From NCBI RefSeq assembly GCF_004010195.1, contig NW_025215151.1, positions 11,887-56,331 on the forward strand: 44,445 nt of DNA, in the 5' to 3' direction. The stretch comes from Chiloscyllium plagiosum (lineage: Eukaryota). Positions 12,011 through 23,339 of the stretch are shown here, one piece after another. The notes under the pieces are model-generated. The model worked only from the letters and a program-made list of their open reading frames with translations, made no database searches and had not been told where the DNA came from. How positions within the stretch are numbered: position 1 is the first letter of the stretch; each line of letters begins with the position of its first letter. Made by a program: the position numbers and the translations under genes.

Positions 12011-12319
12011 CTAATGATTAGATTCCATACAGTGTGGAAACAGGCCCTTCGGCCCAACAAGTCCATTGTATTTTTTTTTCTGGTTCTCAACCTCTCGATG
12101 TCTGTGCTCCTGCTATCTGACTTTCATGTAGCGCGTTCAGGGAGATATTGTGCCCGCTGCTCAGCAGCTCCCAATATCCTGGACATTTTCGCCAAATCCT
12201 GGCGGAGAAACCCGCCGTTTCCCTGCAAATGCTGTTTACGAATGGAATGGCAGCAGTAGCACAGAATCAGCAAAGGGTCAGAAAGCAGGAAGGGGCAGCA
12301 AACCACCATGTTCAAGCAC

Positions 12320-13265
12320 AGAATCGTTAGAGTGTGAGGCCATTCGGCCCGTCATGTCTGTGTAGCTTCTACAAGATCACCTCGCCCTTCTCTCTCCATC
12401 GTTTCCCCCCCCCGCTTTGGTCTTACAAACTTGCACTGTTCGGCTTCTGACCAAATTCCCTTTGATCCCCCTCGATTGAACGTGACTCCCGTTATCCCCT
12501 CAGGCAATGTATTCCAGGAGCAGACCCCTGAAACCTTTCTCATGTCTCCAAGGCTTCTTTCACCAATGTCCTCTCGTTCTTCACCCGCCAAGGAATGGGA
12601 ACAGTCTCTCGCTGTCGACCTCGTCCAGAACCTTCATGGCTTTGTCGCCCTCTATCAAATCTCCTCTGGACTTTCTCTGGTCCATGAACAACCCAGCTTC
12701 TCCAGACTCTGCTTGGAACGGGAGATCCTCAATACAGAGTGACAGAGGACCCTTCGGTCTAACTGTGTGAACCATAATCCGAAACTGGACTAGTCCCATC
12801 TGTCTACACTCGGCCCCCATCCCTCCAAACATTTCTTGTTCATGTGCTTATCCAAATGACTTTTAAACATTGTAACTTTTCCCACATCCTCTGGAAGTTC
12901 ATTCCACACTTTATTTTTTTTAAAAATGACCCCTCATGTCTTTAAATCTTTCTCCTCACACCTTAAGAATATGCCCTCTAGTCTTGAAATCCCCCACCCT
13001 GGGGAAAAGACACCAGCCATTCACCTTATCTATACCCCTCAAGACATTATAAAGGTGTCCTGTCAACTTCCGACGCTCCAGTGAAAAATGCCTCAGCCTC
13101 TCCCTCCAACTCAAACCCTCCACTCCCAGCAACGTCCTGGTAAATCTCCAGCTGAATGATATCTTTTCTGTAACAGGGCGAGCAGAACTGGATGCAGTAC
13201 TCAAGACAAGGCCTCGCCAATGTCAAGTACAAACTCAACATAACATCCCAACTCCTTCACTCAAA
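12320..13265 (-). mobile_element. Two adjacent degenerate CR1 3' fragments
   Basis: SRGDLIE...VDSERLFP and LARPCLEYCIQFCSPCYRKDIIQLE on the minus strand. Confidence 0.8.
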
Positions 13266-13822
13266 GTTAGGCCACTGTTGGAATATTGCGTGCAATTCTG
13301 GTCTCCTTCCTATCGGAAGGATGTTGTGAAACTTGAAAGGATTCAGAAAAGATTTACAAGGATGTGGCCGGGGTTGGAGGGTTTGAGCTACAGGGAGAGG
13401 CTGAACAGGCTGGGGCTGTTTTCCCTGGAGCGTCGGAGGCTGAGGGGTGACCTTATAGAGGTTTACAAAATTATGAGGGGCATGGATAGGATAAATAGGC
13501 AAAGTCTTTTCCCTGGGGTCGGGGAGTCCAGAATTAGAGGGCATAGGTTTAGGGTGAGGGGGGAAAGATATAAAAGAGACCTACGGGGTAACTTTTTCAC
13601 ACAGAGGGTGGTACGGGTATGGAATGAGCTGCCAGAGGATGTGGTGGAGGCCGGTACAATGACAACATTTAAGAGGCATTTGGATGGGTATATGAATAGG
13701 AAGGGTTTGGAGGGATATGGGCCGGGTGCTGGCAGGTGGGACTACATTGGGTTGGGATATCAGGTCGGCATGGACGGGTTGGACTGAAGGGTCTGTTTCC
13801 ATGCTGTACATCTCTTTGACTC
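13266..13822 (+). mobile_element. Young CR1 (HER1-like) LINE 3' end, uninterrupted reading frame
   Basis: 169-aa open ORF2 C-terminus EYCVQFWSPSYRKDVVKLERIQKRFTRM...; very similar to 3282-3722. Confidence 0.92.
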
Positions 13823-13954
13823 AATCGACGTCTTCACTCATGCCTTCACGTGTTTTTTGAAGTATGTCACCCGGAACCCGACACAATATCCCAACTGAGA
13901 CTGAACCAACCCTTCAACATTCACTGTAATCTCCTTGTTTATACACTCAATTCA

Positions 13955-14165
13955 CACTCAGTTGGCTGAATCACCGGTTTGTGGAGCAGTGTGATGCCAA
14001 CAGCGTGGGGTCAATTCCCACCAGCAGTTTGATGTTACCCATGAAGGACATTCCTTCTCAACTTCTTTGCTCGCCTGTGGTCTGGTGACCCTCAGGCTAA
14101 ATCACCACCAGTCGCTTCTCTCTAATAAGACAGCAGCTCCTAGGATCTGGTAAGACTATGGCGAC
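13955..14165 (+). mobile_element. tRNA-derived SINE (family not named)
   Basis: A/B-box-like ctcagttgg...gggtcaattccc head; related to 5045-5195. Confidence 0.55.
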
Positions 14166-14249
14166 AGAACAACAATTAAGACCAGGGGTGCTGCATGCTT
14201 TAAGAACACTATTTCAACCAGTTCTGCTTCATCTGCCCCAAAGACGGGA

Positions 14250-15735
14250 AGGATGGGGAAGCATTGGAAAAAGGTGCAGAGGGGATTTACCAGGATGTTG
14301 CCTGGTCTGGAGCGAAGGTTTTATGAGGAAAGGCTGAGGGACTTGGGTCTGTTCTCATTGGAGAGAAGAAGGCTAAGAGGGGATTTGATAGAGACATACA
14401 AAATGATCAGAGGATTAGGTCGGGTGGACAGTGAGAGTCTTTTTCCTAGGATGATGAGGTCGGCTTGTACAAGGGGGCATAACTGCAAATTGAGGGGCGA
14501 TAGATTTAAGACAGATGTCAGAGGCAGGTTCTTTACTCAGAGAGTGGTAAGGGCGTGGAATGCCATGCCTGCCAAAGTAGTTAACTCAGCCACATTAGGG
14601 AGATGGACGAGGGAAATCCAGTAGATGTAGTGTATCTGGACTTTCTGAAAGCTTTTGATAAAGTCCCACACAGGAGGTTAGTGAGTAAAATTAGGGCGCA
14701 TGGTATTGGGGGCAAAGTACTAGATTGGATTGAAAATTGGTTGGCTAATAGGAAACAAAGGGTAGAGATAAACGGCTCCATTTCGGAATGGCAGGCAGTG
14801 ACCAGTGGGGTACCGCAGGGATCCATGCTGGGACCACAGCTTTTTACAATATATGTTAATGATATAGAAGAAGGTATCAGCAATAACATTAGCAAATTTG
14901 CTGATGATACAAAGCTGGATGGCAGGGTGAAATGTGATGAGGATATTAGNNNNNNNNNNNNNNNNNNNNNNNNNNNNNNNNNNNNNNNNNNNNNNNNNNN
15001 NNNNNNNNNNNNNNNNNNNNNNNNNNNNNNNNNNNNNNNNNNNNNNNNNNNNNNNNNNNNNNNNNNNNNNNNNNNNNNNNNNNNNNNNNNNNNNNNNNNN
15101 NNNNNNNGCTATTGAGGGAGTGCAGCGTAGATTCACGAGGTCAATTCCTGGGATGGCGGGACAACCTTACACTGAAAGATTGGAGCGACTGGGCTTGTAT
15201 ACCCTTGAGTTTAGAAGACTGAGAGGGGATCTGATTGAGACGTATAAGATTATGAAAGGATTGGACACTCTGGCAGTAGGAAACATATTTCCACTGATGG
15301 GTGCTGAACCAGAGGACACAGCTTAAAAATACGGGGTAGACCATTTAGGACAGAGCTCAGGAGAAACTTCTTCACCCAGAGAGTGGTGGCTGTGTGGGTT
15401 GCTCTGCCCCAGAGGGCAGTGGAGGCCCAGTCTCTGGATTCATTTAAGAAAGAGTTGGATAGAGCTCTCAAAGATAGTGGAATCAAGGGTTATGGAGATA
15501 AGGCAGGAACAGGATACTGATTAGGAACAGGATTACTGATATTGAATGGTGGTGCAGGCTCGAAGGGCTGAATGGCCTACTCCTGCACCTATTGTCTATT
15601 GTCTATTTAAATAGTCCCTGGATAACTACATGGATGATGATGGGACAGTGCAGGGGGATGAGGTTAGATTAGTTCACAGGTCGGCGCAACATCGAGGGCC
15701 GAAGGGCCTGTTCTGTGCTGTATTGTTCTATGTTC
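14250..15735 (+). mobile_element. CR1 3' fragment (14250-14600 and 15606-15735) with a nested CR1 RT fragment (14601-15605)
   Basis: Outer copy matches the 3128-3937 family. Inner copy has VDVVYLDFLKAFDKVPH...GVPQGS...SKFADDTK and its own (ctattgt)n tail. Confidence 0.88.
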
Positions 15736-15821
15736 TTCCAATGGTTTGCACACAGATACATCTACAATGTCTCGCCACTGCAGCAACTCCTATGGGATTT
15801 TACCCTTCAGGCTGTTGTGAG

Positions 15822-15937
15822 AGTCTCGAAACATTAATTCTGCTTCTGTCTCCACAGATGCTGCCAGATCTGCTGAGCATCTCTGGCGTTCCCTGCGTTC
15901 GATTCAGACCTCCAGCACCCGCAGGGTTTTGCTTTTA
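15822..15937 (+). mobile_element. Degenerate PLE-like terminal fragment
   Basis: gaaacattaattc...cacagatgctgccagatctgctgagc...ccagcacccgcag resembles sequence 3' of PLE hammerheads. A related remnant lies at about 972-1090. Confidence 0.45.
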
Positions 15938-16309
15938 TTCGAGGTGTCACACCCTCACTGTGTTGAGGCGCTGGAAACCGAGAACCGTGACTCCCAGAAT
16001 TGTCACAAAATGTGAGGATTTTAGGAAGTCCGCAGAATCCCCCAATTTACCTTTCGGACCTGGGTTGACAGAAAGCCACAGACCAGGCCTCTGTACTTAA
16101 CAGAACATTACTTAGTACTAGTAGGTGGAATCGCAGAGCATTATGAACCATCGGTATATAGCTCTGCTGATTTAAACTCGAAGCCCCTCAAAGTCTCCCC
16201 TCCGTCTCTTTCACGCACAAATATTGGAAAGCAAAAACAAACGGATGGAAGGGAAACGGGACATGCGGTTCAGTGGTCTTTGTTCACAGGATCAGTCAAG
16301 TTGCTTTTT

Positions 16310-17182
16310 GCAAATCAGAATGTTGCTTCTCAGTCGATCACAATCCTGCTTCTCAGCCAATCAGGATGCTGCTTCTCAGCTAATCAGAATACTGGTTCTC
16401 AGTCAATCAGGATGCTGCTTCTCATCCAATCAGAATGCTGTTTCTCAGCTAATCAGAATGCTGGTTCTCAGCCAATCAGGATGCTGCTTCTCAGCTAAGC
16501 AGAATGCTGCTTCTCAGCCAATCAGGATGCTGCTTCTCAGCTAATTAGAATGCTGCTTCTCAGCCAATCAGGATGCTGCTTCTCAGCTAATCAGAATGCT
16601 GGTTCCCAGTCAATCAGAATGCTGCTTCTCAGCCAATCAAAATGCTGCTTTTCAGCTAATCAGAATGTTGCTTCGCAGCCAATCAGGATGCTGCTTTTCA
16701 GCTAATCAGAATGCTGGTTCCCAGTCAATCAGGATGCTGCTTCTCAGCCAATCAGGATGCTGCTTCTCAGCTAATCAGAATGCTGGTTCCCAGTCAATCA
16801 GAATGCTGCTTCTCAGCCAATCAGAATGCTGCTTTTCAGCTAATCAGAATGTTGCTTCTCAGCCAATCAGGATGCTGCTTCTCAGCTCATCAGAATGCTG
16901 GTTCCCAGCCAATCAGAATGCTGCTTCTCAGCCAATCAGAATGCTGCTTTTCAGCTAATCAGAATGTTGCTTCTCAGCCAATCAGAATGCTGCTTCTCAG
17001 CCAATCAGAATGCTGCTTTTCAGCTAATCAGAATGCTGCTTTTCAGCTAATCAGAATGCTGGTTCCCAGTCAATCAGAATGCTGCTTCTCAGCCAATCAG
17101 GATGCTGCTTCTCAGCTAATCAGAATATTGCTTCTCGTTAATCAGGATGCTACTTCCCAGCCAATCAGAATCCTGCTTCTCG
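16310..17182. repeat. 23-bp minisatellite (about 38 copies) containing CCAAT boxes
   Basis: Unit GCTGCTTCTCAGCCAATCAGAAT with CC/CT/TC variants. Confidence 0.95.
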
Positions 17183-17807
17183 GCCTTCCTGTTGCAATGT
17201 AGCCGAGAGTGCCTGCTTCACTTGTGGAGAGCATCACACTTACCAGTTAAAAAGTTCCAATGTATAGCGTCTGCTGAAACATAGAGATGCATAGAAATAT
17301 GCAAAAACTAGGAGGCGTAGGCCATCCATCACTTTGAGCCTGCTCCACCATCTAACATCACCCAAATCAATACATTGTTCCCACTTTCGCCCCCATGTTC
17401 TGTGACCCTTTTTGCTCTAACAACCGTATCAAACTTCTTCTTGGAAACTTTAGCCTGAGAAACTATATCAAACTCCTTGAAGGAAGGATAGACTGGTGTC
17501 TTCAGGTTTAAAGTCATCTTCACTGCAGAGAACTGACAGCAAGAGGCCCTGGTTTGTTGAGGCCCCGAGCTATTCAGAGACCCGACCATTATTATGTCGT
17601 CGTTGGCAGGCAGAAGGCATTGATAACTGGCCACTAGTCCATAGACCAATCTCTGCTTGTTGGCACAACCCCTCAGCTCCTGCAAACTAGTCTTTAATTA
17701 CTGTTTGTTTAAGCTGTTCTATAAACCATCCTGGCCATGGGTGTCAGTTTGCTTGCTTTTCAGAACATGCAGCAATCCTTGCACATTCCTGGTTTTAAAA
17801 CAGTTCA

Positions 17808-18357
17808 TAGATTCCCTACAGTGTGGAAATAGGCCGTTTGGCCCAACAGGTCCACACCGACCCTCCGAACAGTATCCCACCCAGACCCATTCGCCTACTG
17901 TATTACTTTACATTTCCCCCTGACTAATGCACCTAACCCTACATATCCCTGAATACAGTGGGGCAATTTAGCATGGCCAATCCACCCGAACGTGTACAGT
18001 GACTTTGTGGTTAGCACTGCTGCCTCACAGCGCCAGTCTAAAAATATATTAGAATTAGATTCCCTACAGTGTGGAAACAGGCACTTCGGCCCAACAAGTC
18101 CACACCGACCCTCCGAAGAGCAACCCACCCAGACCCATTCCCCTACACCTAACACTACGGGCAATTTAGCACGGCCAATCCACCCTAACCTGCACATCCT
18201 TGGACTGTGGGAGGAAACTGGAGCACCCGGAGGAAACCCATGCAGATGTGGGGAGAATGTGCAAACTCCACACAGACAGTTGCCTGAGGGTGGAGTTGAA
18301 CCCGAGGCCCTGGCACTGTGAGGCAGCAGTGCTAACCATTGAGCCACCGTGCCACCA
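17808..18357 (-). mobile_element. HE1-type SINEs: partial (17808-17992) and near full length (18050-18357)
   Basis: Same head, V-domain and tail as 8761-9064. Confidence 0.9.
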
Positions 18358-18439
18358 CCTCTGCAGAGTTCCAACCAAACGCACCTGGCTTGGAAATGTT
18401 GCAAGCTAAACTCTTTTACTAAGATAACATCTAAATAAC

Positions 18440-18685
18440 TAGATGTGCAGGTTAGTGTGAATTGGCCGTGCTAAATTGTCTCATAGTGTCCAGGGATGTG
18501 CAGGTTAGGGTGGATTGGCCGTGCTAAATTGTCCCATAGTGTCCAGGGATGTGCAGGTTAGATGCATTAGTCAGCAGTAAGTGTCGAGGAATAGGGTAGC
18601 GGAATGTGTCTGGGAGGGTTACGCTTCAGAGGGTTGGTGTGGACGTGTTGGGCTGAATGGCCCGTTTTCACGGTGTAGGGATTCT
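18440..18685 (+). mobile_element. HE1-type SINE 3' half with duplicated internal 53-bp unit
   Basis: gatgtgcaggttag...ttggccgtgctaaattgtc occurs twice, followed by the HE1 tail. Confidence 0.8.
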
Positions 18686-18794
18686 TTGCTTCTAAATCCA
18701 ACTCGCCAATTAATGCCCCATCAGTCTCCCTCAATCATCAGTAAATCGATGGAACATGTCATTGACAGTGCTGTCAAAGGAGGACCTGCTGAGT

Positions 18795-20300
18795 GAAGTC
18801 GACCATTCAGCCCATCAAGCCAGCTCCATTTAAATGTGATCATGGCTGATGGAAACCTTCAACCTCACCCTTTACACCATTGATAATCGAACAAATACTA
18901 CCTGAAACTCAAACACTGAGCTTCCAAAGCCTTCTGGGGTAGAAATTTCCAAAGGTCCATTGTCCTGAGTATGAAAGGAAAAAAAAATCTCCTCATTGCG
19001 GTGCTAAATGACGTTGATCTTATTTTAAAATTGTTTTAAACTTTTCTAGTCTCTCCAACCACTGGAAAGGTCTTACCAGCGGATGGTTGGCATCTGGAAT
19101 GCGCTGAGAGCACAGGGTTCGATCAAGAGGGGGACGGGATGTTTAATGGGAAATAAAGCCAGCCAAGGGAGGGAGCAGGAGAGCGGCGCTAGGCAAACTG
19201 ATCACCTTGGAGGGCCAGCACAAAGAGTCAGTGGGGCCCAACGGCCTTGCTCTTGCGTTGTGAAGAGGCCAGTGAGAAACCGGCAATCGCACTCTGGCAG
19301 GGAATTAGAATTTATTGTAATTTGGATGGTTAAAAATACACCTGACAATGATAAGTGCCGTAAGAGGGAGACGGATGAGAAGCATCACGTCCAAGTTTGG
19401 TCAGGTTTCAGAGGAACGGCGACGGAGATTTGTGGAGGAGGGAGGTTAGCTGGGGATTGTGGTATTCGTGAAGGAGAAAACATGAAGTTCAGAAACGATT
19501 TCAATGGTAACCTTGACTTTATTAATAGAGACACAGAGAACGAAAGCAGGGAGACTTGCCAAGCATTTTAAAAACACAGATTAAGACTCAGCTGCAGTGT
19601 CTTTGTTCTATTCTGGGCCCCGCACTTCAGTCAAGGCCTCAGGGGCCGTCTTGAGGAGAACGGTCCAGGGGTGATGGGCTAAGACCGCGAGGGCAACAGC
19701 TGGACCAAGACCGTTCGGCCCCTCGAGCCAGCTCTGCCGTTCAACTAGAACATGGCTGACTCTCTACCCTACAGTACTGCTTATACAGTCAGACAGCATG
19801 GAAACAGACCCTTCGGTCCAACTCACCAGTGCTGACCAGGCATCATAAACTGATCTAGTCCCATTTGCCTGTAATGTGGCCTGTATTCCTCTGAACATTT
19901 CCTATCCACGTACCTGTCCAAATTAACTGCTGTAATTGCACCTGCTTCCTCTAGCGGCTCGTTCCATATGTGCACCACCCTCTGCATGAGAAAGATTGCC
20001 CGCAGGTCTGCCCCCGCCTCACCTATTCGTTTTGGACTTCCTTATCCCGGGATGGGGGTTGGGGGGGGTACATTGCCTATTCACTTTCTCTGCGTCCCTC
20101 ATGATTTTAGAAACATCAGCCTCTGACGCTCCAGCGAACATAACCTAAGCCTTTCGGCCTTTCCCTATAGCTCAAGCCTTCCTCTCTGTCTCGAACATAC
20201 TCACTGAGTGGCCTGTGTTAACGGACCCACCCCATTCTGAATAATTCATTTCTCCTCATCTCAGTCCTGAATCCCACTGATTGTATTCCCTGGTTCTGAG
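18795..20300. mobile_element. Patchwork of old CR1 fragments in both orientations
   Basis: CR1 3'UTR motifs (gaccattcagcccatcaagcc, gaaacagacccttcggtccaac) and decayed ORF2 ends. Confidence 0.6.
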
Positions 20301-20831
20301 ATCTGCCCTTTGTAAGCATGTTTTAAAAAATTAAGGTGTTGCCTACCTACATCAAGATTCATAGAATTATGCAGTTTACTGGACGATTACTGTAAATGTA
20401 TACCATTAAGAATGTGCTACTGCCTCCATCAGTCCCACACTGGTCCTGTAGGTTTTAAGGATTATGAGGTTTCCCGACCTTAGCTACCCTCCCTGGCAGC
20501 CCATTCCAGACCCACACCACCTTCTGCTAGCTCAAATGCCCTCTAAACTTCCTGCTTTTCACTCCAGAACTCCCCTTGTTCTTGACCCTTTGACTAAGGG
20601 GAATGGCCACTTTCTGTTCACCCTGGATGTACCCCTCATAATCAGGTCCCCTTTCAGCCCTGTCTACTCTCCCCAGCCTATCCAGCCTCTGCAAAGCTTC
20701 AACCCAGAGAACGTCCTGGTAAATCATCTCTGCACCCTTCAGTGCCATCACATCCTTCCGTTAATGCGGCGATCAGGACTGTACATAGTACCCCAGCTGT
20801 GGTGTAACCCAAGTTCAGTCCAGCTCCAACA

Positions 20832-21024
20832 CAGTCAAAAAGTGTGGCGCTGGAAAAACACAGCCGGTCAGGCAGCATCCGAGGAGCAGGAGGGTCGACG
20901 TTTCCAGCGTAAGCCCAGAACTCATGCTCGAAATGTCGATTTCCCCTGCTCCTCGGATGCTGTGTTTTTCCAGCACCACTCTCCTCGACTCTGATCTCCA
21001 GCATCTGCAGGCCTCACCTCCTCA
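20832..21024. mobile_element. Fold-back PLE family C derivative with 11-bp TSD CAGCTCCAACA
   Basis: Inverted arms 20844-20904 / 20930-20979; TSD at 20821-20831 and 21025-21035. Confidence 0.75.
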
Positions 21025-21063
21025 CAGCTCCAACATAACCTTCCTGCTCTTGTAGTCTATGCC

Positions 21064-21194
21064 GTCTGCCATATGAATTCTGTGCCCTACGATCTTAAAC
21101 TCTACAACCACCTGATGAAGGAGCAGTGCTCCAAAAGTTAGTGCTTCCAAATAAACCTGTCGGACTATAACCTGGTGTTATGTGATTTTAACTA
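21064..21194 (+). mobile_element. PLE family B terminal fragment with decayed hammerhead
   Basis: cacCTGATGAAGGAGCagtGCTCCaaaagttagtg; flanked by agtctatgcc / agtctgtgcc. Confidence 0.7.
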
Positions 21195-21222
21195 AGTCTG
21201 TGCCATGACTGACAAAGACAAG

Positions 21223-21481
21223 CATGGCATTCCAACAGGAATTCTATCAACAAACACATCGGGTTAGGCCCCATCTACCACCCCCTGAGAAAAAGAACAG
21301 GAAGTGACTTCACCACAGGAAATGACTTCCCCACAGCAAATAACATCACCAACCCAAACATATAAATAGAAAGCAGGAATTTTCAGCATTGCTTTGCCTG
21401 AGGCCCACTGAAGATGTTACCTAGTAGGGTGACGAAACGTCTGGAAATGAACCTTCCAGCTCAGCGAGCAAAACCTACATC
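21223..21481 (+). mobile_element. PLE family A 3' fragment with hammerhead and 10-bp TSD CAAAGACAAG
   Basis: Encodes WHSNRNSINKHIGLGPIYHPL, matching the C-terminus of the PLE at 39410-39490. Confidence 0.8.
21405..21444 (+). ncRNA. Minimal type-I hammerhead ribozyme motif (PLE family A), intact core
   Basis: CCA-CTGAAGA-T-GTTACC-tagtag-GGTGAC-GAA-ACGT-C-TGG. Conserved CUGANGA and GAAA boxes, 6-bp stem II, palindromic ACGU stem III, GUC triplet, CCA/UGG stem I. Confidence 0.75.
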
Positions 21482-21669
21482 CAAAGACAAGTATCCCCCA
21501 TGCCGCCCTTAACAACCCCATTAACCTGCTCTGCCACCTTCAGGGGCCTGTGGACAAGCACTTTGAGATCCCTCTGAATTTCCTTGACTGGTCCCTCATC
21601 TGGTCCTTCCTTCCAAAGCGCATCACCTCCCACTGATCACGATTAAATCCACGTTCCAATTCAGACCAG

Positions 21670-21920
21670 CTCTTGTTCACTGGAGAGGAACGCGGGAGTT
21701 GAAGGGGAAGGATTCAGTTATCACGTTCCACATTAGTGTGAATGACGTAGATACAACGAGGAAGGAGTAAACTAGGCGCTAAATTAAAACACAGCCATAA
21801 AGCTAATAATCTCCAGATTACGACATGACCTTGTGCAAATTAGCGTGCAACAAATAAGATTAGAGAGGCCAAACGCTGGTCTCAAAGACCGGTGTGGGGA
21901 GAGAAATGGGTGCCAGGCCT
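21670..21920 (+). mobile_element. CR1 ORF1 (SGNH esterase-like) remnant
   Basis: Frameshifted EGKDSV..H.S.NDV, LGAKLK, LIISRL and NKIREANA remnants resembling CR1 ORF1p. Confidence 0.5.
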
Positions 21921-22169
21921 GGGGAAAGAGAGAGCAGGTGGATTAGGATGGAATTCATTCCAATTATACTGGGATCAATAACCTGATGAAACTGTATACC
22001 TGCGATTTGTAGGGTAGGGTAGTTCAACTGAAGCTGACTTTTAAAAAATCAAAATGAAAAATAGAGCAGGGTAGTGAAGAGGCAAATAATATCACAGGGT
22101 AAGGAGAAGTAGCAGAAGGATGTATTCAGACGGGGGCATCAGAAATCAGAAGCAGAATAAGTGAAAATG

Positions 22170-23100
22170 CTCCCCCCCCCTCACTCAGTCCCCTCTGTCC
22201 CTCATTACCCCCTCAGTCTACTCCCCACTCCCTCAATACCCTGCATCGCCCTCAGTCAACCACTTCTCCATCACTCTCCCGCTACCTTTTCTTCAGTATC
22301 CTCCCANNNNNNNNNNNNNNNNNNNNNNNNNNNNNNNNNNNNNNNNNNNNNNNNNNNNNNNNNNNNNNNNNNNNNNNNNNNNNNNNNNNNNNNNNNNNNN
22401 NNNNNNNNNNNNNNNNNNNNNNNNNNNNNNNNNNNNNNNNNNNNNNNNNNNNNNNNNNNNNNNNNNNNNNNNNNNNNNNNNNNNNNNNNNNNNNNNNNNN
22501 NNNNNNNNNNNNNNNNNNNNNNNNNNNNNNNNNNNNNNNNNNNNNNNNNNNNNNNNNNNNNNNNNNNNNNNNNNNNNNNNNNNNNNNNNNNNNNNNNNNN
22601 NNNNNNNNNNNNNNNNNNNNNNNNNNNNNNNNNNNNNNNNNNNNNNNNNNNNNNNNNNNNNNNNNNNNNNNNNNNNNNNNNNNNNNNNNNNNNNNNNNNN
22701 NNNNNNNNNNNNNNNNNNNNNNNNNNNNNNNNNNNNNNNNNNNNNNNNNNNNNNNNNNNNNNNNNNNNNNNNNNNNNNNNNNNNNNNNNNNNNNNNNNNN
22801 NNNNNNNNNNNNNNNNNNNNNNNNNNNNNNNNNNNNNNNNNNNNNNNNNNNNNNNNNNNNNNNNNNNNNNNNNNNNNNNNNNNNNNNNNNNNNNNNNNNN
22901 NNNNNNNNNNNNNNNNNNNNNNNNNNNNNNNNNNNNNNNNNNNNNNNNNNNNNNNNNNNNNNNNNNNNCCTCACCTCTTCCCTCTCACCGTCTCCCTCCC
23001 ACCTCACCCTCTTTCCCCCATCCTCTCTCCACCCCTCACCCGCTGTCTCCCATCATCCTCTCTCCCCTCTCACTCCTCACCCACCCTCTCTCCCACCCCC
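22170..23100. repeat. Pyrimidine/C-rich low-complexity tract flanking an assembly gap
   Basis: ctccc/ctctc-rich sequence on both sides of the N-run 22307-22968. Confidence 0.75.
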
Positions 23101-23102
23101 AA

Positions 23103-23292
23103 CCAAAGATGTGCAGGTTCAGTGAATTGGCCAAGCTAAATTGCCCATAGTGTTCAGGGATGTGTAGGTTTGGTGCATAGTTAGGGGTAAATATAGAGTA
23201 ATAGGGTAGGGAAATAGGTTTGGGTGGGTTACTGTTCGGAAGGTCGTTGTGTACTTATTGGGTCGAAGGGCCTGTTTCCACACCATAGGGAT
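23103..23292 (+). mobile_element. HE1-type SINE 3' half
   Basis: ccaaagatgtgcaggtt...gctaaattgccc...gaagggcctgtttccacac. Confidence 0.85.
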
Positions 23293-23339
23293 CGTCCCTC
23301 CGTCCATCCCTCTGTCTGGACAAATTATATTCGTGGACA

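Larger units (their letters stand above)
20490..21660 (-). mobile_element. Degenerate CR1 ORF2 fragment hosting three PLE insertions
   Basis: Minus-strand remnants of the RPQLEYCVQFWSPH-RKDVMALK-QR-F region; continuity is restored when the inserts are removed. Confidence 0.75.

Noticed and set aside
13278..13787. 169-aa open ORF as a host gene
   Set aside because: It is the C-terminus of CR1 ORF2 from a young 5'-truncated copy.
16224..17202. Repetitive SQSGCCFSANQNA ORFs
   Set aside because: Translation of the 23-bp minisatellite in rotating frames; no splice or homology support.
17329..17923. Possible coding exons in apparently unique sequence
   Set aside because: No recognisable protein similarity or convincing splice pair; partly overlaps CR1/HE1 tails.
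22161..23150. Long ORFs spanning N-runs (also at 7519, 14603-15326, 24086-24954, 27230-27913)
   Set aside because: Their length is an artefact of assembly gaps.
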